Of a DNA stretch of 37,059 nt, positions 10,745 to 22,339 are shown one piece after another (positions within the stretch are counted from its first letter, which is position 1; each line of letters starts with the position of its first letter). Both the position numbers and the translations under genes were made by a program. The stretch covers positions 1 through 37,059 of the forward strand of contig ML002369.1 in the NCBI GenBank assembly GCA_003614675.1, in the 5' to 3' direction. The notes beneath the pieces are model-generated. The model saw only the letters and a list, made by a program, of their open reading frames with translations. It made no database searches and was not told where the DNA came from. The stretch comes from Dimargaris cristalligena. Lineage: Eukaryota.

Positions 10745-13556
10745 CTACCAACCCAGCTGGGCATCACTGGACTTAGAAGTCCGGAATTTCCATCTCGAAT
10801 TGGCCGGCAGTGCCGTGCGGGCGAAATCGACCCGGAAGTTCAGCAGGTCCATAAACGGCTGCTTGCGGTACAAATTGTGCGTGGGCAGCCATACAATCAC
10901 TTCCTTTCCTTCGTGCTCCACGCATACCACCGGCAAGGCCGCCCGGGTCGTCACGGGGATCCGTTTCAGTTCGTTCAGTACCTGAAACGCGGGTTTGATG
11001 GCCTCTTGCTCCCGGCCATTCTTGATCAGATTGCGGCGCCGGGTATCCCAATAGGGCGGGCGGTAAGCAAAGAATTGGAGATGCTGGCGCAGTTCGGCCT
11101 GGTCCGTTTGCGTGAATTCGCGAACGTAGAACCGGGGGAGTTTGGTTAAAATGGTAGCGGGATCGGCCATCGACACCCCGGCGGGGTTTAGGCTAATGCG
11201 GAAATAGAACCGTTTGGTCCATAGTAATTCCTGACCCGGGGGCTCCTCCCACTGCACCTGGATGGGCCGTCGCGTTTCGCCCCATTCCGACCGGGAAAAC
11301 GGCTGCCGGGAAAATATCCAATACATGTACGAATCTGGGTCCCCAATGGGAGACGACGCCTGGTCTTTGCCCCGGCGAGTCCGTCGCATAGGGTCCGTAT
11401 TCCCTAGGCTTTGGCTTTTTCGGAGTTCTTTCCGTAGGACATCGCGGGCGGGCTCAAACCGGGACACCAATGTTCGGCCCATGACCCAGTTGGTATTAAT
11501 AGTTTCCTTATCGGTGTTGGGGGGTGTCTTTGATTGAGGATAGCCGCGGAGGCGGTCCTTCGGCCGACCGGGTGTCCACATCTCAGGTTGATCAGTCTGG
11601 CTAACTTGCTTAATCATTTCATATAGGCCCTCCAGTTGTTTCCGCCGAGGTGAGTGGGGAGTCGGACAAACCCAGTTGCATAGAGCGCTGTAGGTACGGG
11701 TGGCCAAGCTCGGGTTATGCCACCATTTCTCAACCTCGGGGTGGTCTGATGGATGGTACTGGTTTTTGTAGGGGATCCGGACCACCGCAACACCAATATC
11801 TGCCCGGAAAGTAACGTAATCCTGTAGAATCTGGCTGACTAAGCAAGGCGATGGAGTAAACCATAAGTATATATAGGTAAAGTGAACAACGGGGGATATT
11901 AGAAATCCGAAATAGACATTTAACGACCGAAATAACTTACTTGTCTGCCGGGGCAGTAAAGTCAAGCGCAAACCATGCATAATAGCTGTGAAAAGTTATG
12001 AACCACCCCCTTCCCCTCCAATCACCCGAACCATCCCTTGCCGAGATAAAAAGACGGGTAAATTAACTTACCATGGGACTCTACGTTCTCCCGGTGCTCC
12101 TGCATGCGCAGGTTTAAAGAACCGAGGGAAAGCTCCGATAGCGGAGACATCTCCCCGTCCGAATCCTTGCGGGATTTTCCAGTCTCTTCTTGAATTATCT
12201 GCCGGATGGCATTACGCTGGAATATGGTCGATTGATTACTTGGGTCTTCGACCCAGTGGATATTATGCACCTTACAAGTATCCAAGATGCGTTGCTATGG
12301 TTGGTGTGATTAAGTAATAATTCCGCCCAGAAGAACCGAAAAATGATACCCACGCCCCGCATAATAATAAAGTAAGCACGGTAGTATAAACAACAATGTA
12401 AGTTCCCAGGATCGGTTTGGTGAATAACAACTAATTCTAGTGTATTAAATCAGACCCCAACGCGGTTCAAGCTAAAGGGGATTGCCCATAAAAAATTTTG
12501 CAAGGCCCGCTTGAACATTACAATAATCAAGCCAAATAAAATGTACCTTAGAGAAGCCCAGCAGGGGTCGGGCCAGACGAAAATCCGACGAATTCATGTA
12601 AAAGGCTTCAGGGAAGAGGCGGAGAGCCGAGATACCGGCGATCCCGTCTATACCGCTCTGTTTGATAAACCGCGTGAAGGTCGTTTCTAGCTGGTCGTTC
12701 AAATGGTGCCCGGTAAACAACACCGGCAAACCATGGTTAGAGCAGGCCTGGCCCATCAGCCGGTACCGTTCATGGCGGCCCACTTCTTCCATTCGGTTCG
12801 GGGCGGGTAGATCAAGGGGTCCTTGCGAAGGGGGTGTCGACATGGCTTGCCCTTCGGGGCACCCCGGTCGATCGTCCTTGGCCTTGTCCTCGCCCAACCT
12901 GGCGGTACCTCCTGTAGCATCGGGTTTATTCCAGGGAATGGTCAATGTGTAGTGGTCCGCGCCTAGGTCGGTGGCCATTTGTTTCACTTTTTCGGCCTCC
13001 TCGGAACTCTCCGGCCGGAATTGGTGGTCGACCGTTAGGGCCACGATACGGGCTTTTGGTAAGGATTGGCGGAGAAGAGCCAAAAGGGCCATGCTGTCAG
13101 CCCCACCCGAAAGAGCCACGCCTAAAGGAGGTGGGGGAGGAGAAAATATTGGTCAAAAACAGCATCCTGGTTATCGTATTAGACCAGGAGCGGGAGGGGA
13201 ATTACTGACTACGTAACTTTTGCATTGCCCCAAATCACCTACTAATACCATACCATTCCGCTAGTAACAACAAGCCATTCCTATTCCTCCAATTTCGGGC
13301 TGCTTTTATCTAATATACGAGTTTCTCCTCCATCGAACAGGTAAGTAGAGTAATATGCACCTCGAAACTGCCGAAGCCCTTCCTACCCCAATTTTCATGG
13401 GGAAAGTGGTTGTAATAATTAAAACAGTGCCCCCTCCATTGGCGAAGATCCTGTAAGGGAATGTGGTTAATGCAAGGACCTACCGAGATGTTTCAGCTTA
13501 AGGAGCCCAAGTCCCTTTAGGGTTTTGGCGAACTCTCTGGCGGGAATCGGCCTCAT
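10745..13556 (-). CDS. tilS: tRNA(Ile)-lysidine synthase (TilS)-like PP-loop ATPase, probably mitochondrial
   Basis: Exons 13556-13484, 13121-12547, 12294-12072, 11838-10745 join in frame at GT-AG sites. Motifs GVALSGGADSMAL, VDHQFRPES, RHERY, TGHHLNDQLET, SGIDGIAGI, RPLL, WVEDPSN, RNAIR. Confidence 0.88.
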
Positions 13557-14187
13557 GGTAACGGTAAGGGTGCAACAAACAATCTAAAGAGCTAGTGCGT
13601 GGAAAAGGAAGGAGGCGTCTGGGATAAGGGGATCGGGACTGTGTAGGAAGGATACTTGGCCAGTCTCCCGACAAAGGTACAAGAGGAATGGGTAAATGAA
13701 GAATCCTCAGAATTGTCGCAATGTAGTCAAAGGGAATTCAGCGCATGTGCAAATCGATTTTAGAAAAAAAAAGCCCGACCAAGTCTAGTTATGATAATTC
13801 GCCACTGCGTGTGGCTTGATTAGTAGAATAGTACGGAAATTGGTGGTGGCTGGTATATTCCAGTAATTTGCGCTTTTTTTGTTTGTTTGGGAGAGGGGAT
13901 AGCCATGTTCATAACTCTAGCGTTGTTGTTTCAAGGAATGGTAGATAGCCTCAGCCCCACTCTTCCTATTATACCATCCAAACTCACATAGTTAAGGCGG
14001 CTTGGCCCTTCCTGAAAAATTAAAGCACCACTGGTTTATATACCATTCGTGATTAATTACAAAAATTTATTACGGATACCAAAATGCCAGTTGATGGATT
14101 CCCACTTCTGATGAGATTTGAAAAAATATTGAATACCTCTGTCACAAATAAGAGGGAGAAAGCGGGGGGAGGGGGATATCAGTTAAA

Positions 14188-15825
14188 TTATTCAATACCA
14201 CAGTCAAACTGACGCAATACACCCGCCAGTCGCTGCAACGCCGGTTCGAACTCCTCGGGTTTAGTAAAGGAAAAGGCGGCGCGCAGGTAGGGCGCGTTCA
14301 CCCGTTCGGTACGATCAATCTGACCGGCGAAGAAATAGCCGGGGATGAGCATGACGCGGGCCTCCACCATGGCATCAAGGACCTGGGGCATTATGGGTTT
14401 AGGGGAGGCGGCGGCCTCTGCTTCAGATTGTCCTTTGGAGCTGGGCGCGGGATCGGGATACGGCGCCAGTAAGGCCTGGGGGAAGCGCGGGCGCAGCCAC
14501 ACGAACATACCGGCTTCGGGCACGACATAGTCCGCCAGGCCGTCTAGGTACCGGTGAACCAGGTCCACGAACAGATTACGACGGCGGAAGTAATCGAACT
14601 GCAGTTGCTTGAGATAGTCGGACCAGCCCTTGTGGCTCCACACATTGGTGAGCAATTCGGTCAATAAAGCTTGGGAAAGGCCCGACGGTTGTTGCACGGT
14701 GGTCTCATTGTGGAATTCAATGTAGGGGAGGAATTGCTTGCTGGCGGTAATCCAGCCGGTTCGGGAGCCGGGGGCCAGGATCTTGGAGAACGAGTCCATA
14801 CGGATCACTCGGCCATCGACGTCTAGGGAAAGGAACGACGGGAGCAGTCCGCTGAGGCCGGGCTGGGCGTCCGGGTGGTCATTATCGCGGGTTTCGGGGG
14901 ATTGGTAGTCGGCGTACTGCAAATAATAATATGGGTCGTCTTCGAAAATGATCAAATTATGTTTCTGGGCCTGGGCGTAAATGGCTCGACGGCGCTCAAG
15001 GGGCATGGTCGCGCCCGTAGGATTCTGGCCCGTGGGCACCAAATATATCATTTTCGGGACCGGGCGGTCAGGGCCATAGGTGCTGGTCCAGTTCGTGAGC
15101 ACCTGGTCCAAGGCGTCGGGCAGCATTCCCTGTTCGTCCATGGAAACGGGTCCCAAACGAACATCGTGGCTCTGGGCCGTGTCCACGGCCGCGGGGTACG
15201 TCCACTCGTCCACCAGCATGGTATCGCCGGGGGACCCGATCAGCCCAATCGCCTTGGACAAAGCGTCCGTATTGCCCACCGTACCAATGACATCCCAGTC
15301 GGCATAGGGGGGCGCGTGGATTTCCTGGGTGTGTTGGCGCACAAAGGCCTGGTAGGCCGGGATACCACGTGTGGTACCATACTGCAAGGAGTGCGTCAGG
15401 GCGATGGTCTTATTGATGGCGTCGCTGTCGGCGGACGGCAGAAAGGGAATACTCATGGAGGTCAAAGGGCGACTCGACGGAGAGGAAGGACCATCCTCCT
15501 CCTGAGCGTTGCCCTCGGCCGGGGTTCCCCCGAACACGGGCACGCTGGCACTAAGCGACCGGAAGGCGAAAGTGGAAGGGTGTGGTAGCCCGGCCGAGAG
15601 ATTCAGCATGCCGGGCAGGAAGAAGAGATTGTACAATGACTTGATGGGGGTCTGGGTCCGGCGCTTAGCATCGCCCAGGAGGTTGGAGAAATCCAGGGCC
15701 TTCCGAGGTTCGTCGGGGGTGACTGTCGTCTTGGGCCGCTTAACTTCAACGGTCTCGGCCATGGCCACGGGACTCGTAGCAGGGTGAGTGGCTGCGACAG
15801 TTTCGTGGGCGTTAGCCAAAGTCAT
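14188..15825 (-). CDS. PLP-dependent class I/II aminotransferase, Aro8/2-aminoadipate transaminase-like
   Basis: LSAGLPHP, LQYG, YLVPTGQNPTGATM, IFEDDPYYYLQ, PLP-lysine motif MDSFSKILAPGSRTGW, PEAGMFVW; first ATG at 15825. Confidence 0.93.
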   Translation of the reverse strand: MTLANAHETVAATHPATSPVAMAETVEVKRPKTTVTPDEPRKALDFSNLLGDAKRRTQTPIKSLYNLFFLPGMLNLSAGLPHPSTFAFRSLSASVPVFGGTPAEGNAQEEDGPSSPSSRPLTSMSIPFLPSADSDAINKTIALTHSLQYGTTRGIPAYQAFVRQHTQEIHAPPYADWDVIGTVGNTDALSKAIGLIGSPGDTMLVDEWTYPAAVDTAQSHDVRLGPVSMDEQGMLPDALDQVLTNWTSTYGPDRPVPKMIYLVPTGQNPTGATMPLERRRAIYAQAQKHNLIIFEDDPYYYLQYADYQSPETRDNDHPDAQPGLSGLLPSFLSLDVDGRVIRMDSFSKILAPGSRTGWITASKQFLPYIEFHNETTVQQPSGLSQALLTELLTNVWSHKGWSDYLKQLQFDYFRRRNLFVDLVHRYLDGLADYVVPEAGMFVWLRPRFPQALLAPYPDPAPSSKGQSEAEAAASPKPIMPQVLDAMVEARVMLIPGYFFAGQIDRTERVNAPYLRAAFSFTKPEEFEPALQRLAGVLRQFDCGIE

Positions 15826-16400
15826 GCTAAATTGCGGGGGGTGCAGTAAGTAATAAGTCAAGAAAGAGTGTGGGGTAGGGTAGAATGGAGAAAGTATACC
15901 TGGACGAATATCCCTAGATAACCACCAAAAGCTCGGTTATTAAAAGAGGAATAGAGAAGTAAGGGGATGCAGAAATATGGATTATATAGAGCTATAGGTG
16001 GTAAAGGAGTCCTTTATATCTAAAGGACTGGGGACTGATTTCAAGAAAGTAGCGGGAGAGAACAGGGAGGGGATGTGATAGTTTCGTCATTTATATAGAA
16101 AAGCCGGGACAGGTCACCACAGACTAGCACAGCCATCTTATACGAAGAACAGTCACACAGATAAACAAAGCAATATGGGCTCAAGAATTCCCTTGCGAGT
16201 AGAGGACCTTTTCAGGCCTATTAAGCCGCTGTTCGTTCCGTAAGGCCTTTGGGGGGTTTCCATGCCGTTTGGTCCCGAATCCTATTGGTTCAAATGCTTT
16301 AAGGCCTATTATTAACCTAATGCCACCATTAGATAACGTACCTCCATTGCTGGCTATCATTTAAAATCACTAGGAATAAGTGACGCACCACCAATAGTAA

Positions 16401-16407
16401 TGAGTCA
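16401..16407. promoter_or_regulatory. Candidate Gcn4/CpcA (AP-1) site TGAGTCA upstream of the aminotransferase
   Basis: Exact TGAGTCA about 580 bp upstream of the ATG of an amino-acid metabolism gene. Confidence 0.4.
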
Positions 16408-18031
16408 GACCAGCCAAATAGCTCGCGTAATATAGACACTCACTCACTAGACCGAAGGATAAAGCTACAACCATAATAGCCCTAGTCTGCCCAACCAACC
16501 ATTACTTCCTCTATCCAATTGGCCCGATAAACCGTCCCTCTCCCTTCGGCCCACTCACACCATTGCAGCTTCGCATCGCCATTGTCCCAAGCCCCCTTGC
16601 CTGCAGATCTCTCTCTGTTTCAAATACCAGGGGGCGTTGGAGTCAGCGGGTTCTGCTGCGTGAGTTGGCGAGTAAAACCGCCGACCGGTCTAAGTAGTTC
16701 GCGGCCATGTGCGTGTGTGTGTTCAACTCCCTCCCGCCTTCTTCTCTATAAACCGTATTTGCCAACCCGATCAGCGAAAATTCCACGGGTTCGCTTGTAG
16801 GCAGGGGGCAAATGCGAGGGGTAAAAGTGGTAGGGCGGAATAAAACCGGTCTGGCCAACTGATCTCTGGGGATAATGGCTCTCTCGTCACCACTGGAGTG
16901 CCCACTGTAGCTATTCGAAAGATTATATATAGATGGATCAGATTACTTAGTGCACTCCCGTACTTCCATTGACGGGGTGGTGGGAGTCAGAGAAGTATAT
17001 GGTCACAAGACCAGTTCCGTGGCCTGACTGTTGAGCCAGCAGAGAATCAAGCCAAGTAATAGATGGGGGAATAACAGCCAGATTATAGAAGACTGCCGTA
17101 ATATTGCCACCAGGAAGATATGTCCGGGAAAAGACGACTAACAAATCCCGAACATAGCTTTCCAAACAAACAGGCCATGCAAAAAATCATGTGGTTGCCA
17201 CAAATGGGGCCCTACTCGCAGTGTCGTTGGATTTAATATATGACCAACGAACCCGACGGTAGGAGAACGGGGCGGAAAGGGTTGGTGGGTGGGGGGGAGG
17301 TGGGAATTGGGACGCAATAACATTTCAACCACACCGGCGGAAGGAGTGCGCCTCGATTCGCTTTCTACATTCAAACCCCCGCCATTAAGCCGCGTGGCCA
17401 TGGTTTTTGAATACCCTCCTCCTCTGAAGCCTCGACTCGCACATCTCGTCAATTTAACATTTAATTAATTGCGCAACTATCAGAAAAGTGCCATTAATTG
17501 GTATTGTTTCACCAACATCACTGTTAATCAGATTAAATGATGCCATTTAGTTTTAACGACTTTTAAATACCGCACCCACGCGTGCAATCAGCAAGTATAA
17601 CATGGTATAGGTATATAGATGATGTATAGATACAAGGGCCCGCGCATCTATTGTAGAGGGTTAGAGATGGAAACCGGTAGCCCTGAAGAGATATATATAA
17701 ATAAATAAAAATTAATTAATGGGTGTGGGGTGATGGTAATGAGTATAAAAGTAATTTAACGTAGGTTTTGCTAGTATTTGACATTTACGAAAGAAGATGA
17801 AGAAATAAGAAAAGAGAGAAAGTGGGTCCCGGGACTTGACTTCGATGGATTAAAACGTCCTAGCTCGGTCTCCGCTATTCCTGGGATCGGTGTACTGCAA
17901 TAAAGAATCCTAAAACAAATCGTGGCTCGTATGAAACTAGGTGACGAGACGACAACTATACTACTTAGTACCGACTCGCTCGTACCGAAAGACAGACCCA
18001 CCCACACACATACACTTACACCGGAAAAATA

Positions 18032-21000
18032 CTAGGTGGTCCGGAAACCTAAGGTAGACTGACCCGAGGTGGCTGGGCGGTTGGAGTTGGTGGGAGTGTC
18101 GCCGTTATCGTTGGGCGCAGACCCCGATGCTTTGACCGATTCGAGGAATCGCCGCGCCGAAATCCGGTGCCGGGCTCCACTGCTCGGCTTTCCGTCGGAA
18201 CCGCTGCTCCCGCCGTTGGTTTGATTTACCTTGGCCTGAGCCCTGCTATCACCACCACCATTGGCCGGAGGATAGTTCTCGTTTCCATTAATAGGGGCCA
18301 ATGCTGAGGAGAAAGAAGAAGAAGCAGTAGAGTTGGAGGAAACGGTGGATGTGGGGTTGGCCGGAGGACCCACTTTAGTACCGACGGGGTCAAAGGCCCG
18401 GCTTCGTCGCCGACTCGAACCACTGCGAATGGGTCCACCTAAACGAGCCCGGGATTGGGGTCCACTGGAGTTCCCTGAGACTAGCGAATGGGACTTGGAT
18501 GATGCCGTCGGTTTGGTGTAGCTCGGCTGCGGACGACTGGTCTTCAGAATCGAGCGAGACGGAATAGCATTGAGTGGTGGGGGTTCGTAGCGGGGGGACT
18601 GCTCCGAACCGGTAAACGAGCCATTGTCGGGTTGCGAACTACAGGACATGAACGAGCTAGAGGAAACGTCCGAGTTGGCCGGGGACGCTGGGGACTGCTG
18701 GCCCTTGTCCAAGTGTTGAATATCCCAGGGTCGGCGTTGCCTATTGGGTGACGATTGGATTACTTCGGTGCCATCAACGTCCATAGGACCAGGTACCGGG
18801 ACCGAAACTGAAGGAGGCGCAACTGCTACAGTTGGTGGTGGTGCCGGCATCGGTGCTTGTGAAATAGGAAGTGGTGGTTGTGGTGGTGGCGGTAGAGAGG
18901 ATGCTGGTGAAGGCGAGGCACCGATACCGGCACGCTTATTGGCCTTGAGATTCTCCAACGAAGGCTGAGAACTGAGCATGCCTCGGGGTCGCTTATTCCC
19001 CAGCGGATGAGCCGTGGAGTCCGCACTAGAATACGAATTCCGCGAACTTGGCGGCCGGGCGGGCCGTAATGGAGCCGTGCCCGCGGATAGAGAGCCCGAC
19101 CGACGGCTATTGGTCATACAAGGCTCGTCCCGGCCATTCGTCGTCAAGGAGCTCCGCGCCCGGCGGGGCGAGACGGTGGTCGTTCCCGAGCGCACCCGGC
19201 CGGCAGGTGGCGGACGAGCGGCACCCGAACCGGCTAGGGCCCGGTGACTAGGGGGACGGCGGGCATCCCCGGCTAGGCCGCTATGATTATTATTGTTATT
19301 ACCCAACAGGGGGGTCGACCGGGAGGCGGTACGAATATTCGGGGGATGGGGCACCAGAATATCGGCCAGTAACCGGGACGACAACTTGTCCGCGGAGAGG
19401 GGAGGCACCTGCCACTTAGCCGGTCCCGCCGCGGTGGCCAGTTTGATGGAGGCCGCCACACGTCCCGTCACGTCGTGCAGGGACTGGGTGGCCTGGTAGT
19501 GCAGTTGCCGGAGCGTTTGCGTGGCTAACTCCGCGCACTCCTCGGGGTTTTCCATGACGCCCTGGAGCCCCTGGTCCAGACCATGCAGCAACCGGGCATT
19601 GCCAGCCACCGTGTCATGCAGGACTTCGAGACACTCAAAAAGGAGGGTCTGGGAGAGTTCGAAGGATCGACTCAGGCGGGTGTTGGTACAGTTGAGCTCA
19701 AACGCCTTCTTTTCCAGATCCAGCCGGTATTTCTGATCCGACGTCAGTGCAGTCACGGCAGCGTTATTTTTCGTATAGTCTGCCCGTTTGGTATCGTGGC
19801 GGTAGCGAGACAGGAGCACGGAGGTGTGGTCCAGTTGGCGACTGAGCATCCCACTGTGGCCCTGCAGTTGGGAAATAAGGTCCTCCACGCTAGCCCGGGG
19901 CAGCCGCTGGGAGTCGGTGGCGTTCGGGCTACCCGGAGGGGTCTCCCCATTGCTTCCGGTCCCCCAATTGGATCGCCAGGCCTCTAGCATGGCCAAGTGG
20001 TGCTTGAAGACGTCCGCCACCACCGATACCGAGGCGTACTCCCATTCGCTGGATCGAACGGAATCAAACGCAATGGACATTTTATTGCGAATATCCTCAA
20101 CCAATTGAAGGGTCGCTGTGGGGCGGGCGGGGGCCGCGGCCGGAGTGAACAGTGGGGCAGCAGCAATGGCCTTGGCCCGACTTCCACCACCCCCGGCTAG
20201 TTGACTGCGCAGGTTGGCGTTCTCGGCCTGGAGGCGCTTGATGATCTCGGACTGCTCCTTGATTTGCTTGACGTATTGGGACACATGGGCCTTGACGTTC
20301 ACCGTGTTCTGCTCGACCTTGGTCTTGATGTTCTTGGCCCGGTTCGCGTATTTGAGGGTATTATAGGTTTCCTCAAAGTACGTACTGGCCGGACTACAGC
20401 AGACGATCATGACCGTTTTACAATTACCGCCCAGCGAAAACTTGAGCAACCGGGTGAGCTTACTGTCGCGGTACGGAATATGGCGTTTCTTTTTATCATC
20501 ACACAGGGCATTAATACAGTTGGCCAGCGCCAGTAGGGAGCGGTTGATGTTGGCCCCCTCCAGGAGCCGGTCGCCCCGGTTTTGGGTAACGGAGGCCCGC
20601 TCGCTACCGGCCAGATCGATGAGACTGAGCGTGGCGGAGGTCACGTCGGACGACAGTCCGCCGACCCGACTTTTACGACGAATGTGGACTTGCAGTACCG
20701 CATGGGAGCGGGACGAGGTAGCATTCGCCTCGGTGGGCGACTGGGTGCGGTTCTTGTTTCCCAGCAGCACCAGCTCCATGACATCCTCTACTTTAGTAGG
20801 AATGTGCTCGCTGAGTCCGGCCACAATCACGCCCTTCTTGGCATCCTCCCGGAGGGCCAACGGGGGCGAGGGCATGCCTTCACCGACTAATAAATCACGG
20901 ATGGTTTCGTTGTAAACTTCCAAGTAGGACATGGCCGCCTCGACAATCTGTTCGTGCTCAGACGCATTGATCTTTTCGAAGAGTTCCTTCATGGTCAAAA

Positions 21001-21562
21001 AAATGATACCCGGATCCGACGGGATACCGCTGATGGTATGGGTTTTACCGCACCCGGTAGCGCCGTAGGCAAAAACGGTGGCATTGAACCCGTTCAGTAC
21101 CGCGTCAATGAGCGACTGGGTGGTGCCCACGTACACTTCCTGTTGAGTGGCGTCTTCGTTGAAGACTCGATCGAACGCGAAACGAACGTCCTTGTGCCGC
21201 TTACCGGTCTGGGCCGGCGGGGCACTGCGGGCGAAACGGGCATTGGCTTGGTCCTCCGGTGGGTCGAACACCAGGATGCGTTCGTCGATCACATGGACCA
21301 CTTTGCGCATGGCCTTTTGATTCCCGCCGGTGGTGGTGGCGGCGGCGGGTTGGCTGCCGAAGGTAAAGCGACCCGTAGCCGGAGGGGCCATGAGGGCCAG
21401 CTCCTTGGCATTAAAAGGGCGCACGCGGACGGTGACTAGAATGGCCGCCTCATTGTTGGGGGGTGGGCCACTACCGGCGGCGGCCACTTCGGAACCAGCC
21501 GACCCCGTTAGCGGAACGAGACTCATCCCGGGGTCCAGGGTACTGGGCTCTTCAGCAAGCAT
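18032..21562 (-). CDS. Kinesin-8 family motor (Kip3/Klp5/6-like)
   Basis: VRVRP, FAFDRVF, P-loop AYGATGCGKTHT, NATSSRSHAVLQ, LIDLAGSERAS, RLLEGANINRSLLALANCINAL, HIPYRDSKLTRLLKFSLGGNCKTVMI, NTLKYANRAKNIK; coiled coil then long S/P-rich tail. Start codon uncertain (21562 is the first ATG). Confidence 0.95.
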   Translation of the reverse strand: MLAEEPSTLDPGMSLVPLTGSAGSEVAAAGSGPPPNNEAAILVTVRVRPFNAKELALMAPPATGRFTFGSQPAAATTTGGNQKAMRKVVHVIDERILVFDPPEDQANARFARSAPPAQTGKRHKDVRFAFDRVFNEDATQQEVYVGTTQSLIDAVLNGFNATVFAYGATGCGKTHTISGIPSDPGIIFLTMKELFEKINASEHEQIVEAAMSYLEVYNETIRDLLVGEGMPSPPLALREDAKKGVIVAGLSEHIPTKVEDVMELVLLGNKNRTQSPTEANATSSRSHAVLQVHIRRKSRVGGLSSDVTSATLSLIDLAGSERASVTQNRGDRLLEGANINRSLLALANCINALCDDKKKRHIPYRDSKLTRLLKFSLGGNCKTVMIVCCSPASTYFEETYNTLKYANRAKNIKTKVEQNTVNVKAHVSQYVKQIKEQSEIIKRLQAENANLRSQLAGGGGSRAKAIAAAPLFTPAAAPARPTATLQLVEDIRNKMSIAFDSVRSSEWEYASVSVVADVFKHHLAMLEAWRSNWGTGSNGETPPGSPNATDSQRLPRASVEDLISQLQGHSGMLSRQLDHTSVLLSRYRHDTKRADYTKNNAAVTALTSDQKYRLDLEKKAFELNCTNTRLSRSFELSQTLLFECLEVLHDTVAGNARLLHGLDQGLQGVMENPEECAELATQTLRQLHYQATQSLHDVTGRVAASIKLATAAGPAKWQVPPLSADKLSSRLLADILVPHPPNIRTASRSTPLLGNNNNNHSGLAGDARRPPSHRALAGSGAARPPPAGRVRSGTTTVSPRRARSSLTTNGRDEPCMTNSRRSGSLSAGTAPLRPARPPSSRNSYSSADSTAHPLGNKRPRGMLSSQPSLENLKANKRAGIGASPSPASSLPPPPQPPLPISQAPMPAPPPTVAVAPPSVSVPVPGPMDVDGTEVIQSSPNRQRRPWDIQHLDKGQQSPASPANSDVSSSSFMSCSSQPDNGSFTGSEQSPRYEPPPLNAIPSRSILKTSRPQPSYTKPTASSKSHSLVSGNSSGPQSRARLGGPIRSGSSRRRSRAFDPVGTKVGPPANPTSTVSSNSTASSSFSSALAPINGNENYPPANGGGDSRAQAKVNQTNGGSSGSDGKPSSGARHRISARRFLESVKASGSAPNDNGDTPTNSNRPATSGQSTLGFRTT

Positions 21563-22319
21563 CGGGCTGAAGGGACCCTGCGGGCTTTGGTTAGAACAGA
21601 GTAACGTAAGGACAGGCAAATAGAATAAAGGTCTACGGAAGTGGAAATGGCGAGACTGGGCTGACGGGACTGGTGGGGAAGTTCAAGGGTGGTGCGCAGG
21701 AGTAAGCCAAGTGGCAAGGTAAACGAGGGGGCGGAGAAGACCTGTCGTCGTCGTCGGAGTTCTGGGTATTATGTGGTATTGAATAAAGGGGAGGAGGGAG
21801 GGGACATCAATAGAAATCCGAAAAGTGGTCCAAAAGAGAAAGCAAGGACAGGTTGAATTAGCCGATAACCGAAAGCGAATCAGCCAGTCGACTTGACGAG
21901 TTCAATGGCATTAACCACAGCTGGGCATGTTGTCCCACTAAGTTAGAGGGTTGTTGCGGGGCGGAGTGTGGAACTATAGTGGCGGCTCCCATTCACGGAG
22001 GAAAGCGAAAAAAACAATAGAGTGTCCAGCGCCGTGCGGCATCCCCTTGTCCACGCGTTGCGACTCCTCTCTCCCCTGGCTGTGTTGATCTCCCCTGGTT
22101 ATCGGCTCTACACGGCCGCCCGATGACTGTAAAACCAAAACAAAAACACCCGCTCTCTATGTACACGTGATCACTTCTCCCCTTGCCAAGGAGCCACCCT
22201 AAACCTTGGTAACAATAAATTGGAGCTATAGTAGCCTACGTCATCGCTACTTCATCACCTAGTCACGCGGTCAAATTTAAGGTAGGTTGGTTGACCAGGC
22301 CCCTTTTAGAGAATTTGGT

Positions 22320-22339
22320 TATATATATATATATATATA
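22320..22339. repeat. (TA)10 microsatellite
   Basis: Read directly. Confidence 0.9.

Noticed and set aside
10442-11149. 235-aa plus-strand ORF
   Set aside because: GTG start, antisense to the TilS-like last exon and 3' flank, no recognisable domain
8406-15825. Possible metabolic gene cluster (transporter, TilS, aminotransferase, plus distant PhzF-like gene)
   Set aside because: Functions are unrelated housekeeping ones; no backbone enzyme; PhzF/PBLD homologs are widespread and do not imply phenazine synthesis
16420-18000. Short ORFs between the aminotransferase and kinesin
   Set aside because: No codon bias, motifs or coherent splice structure; no structured RNA gene recognised by eye
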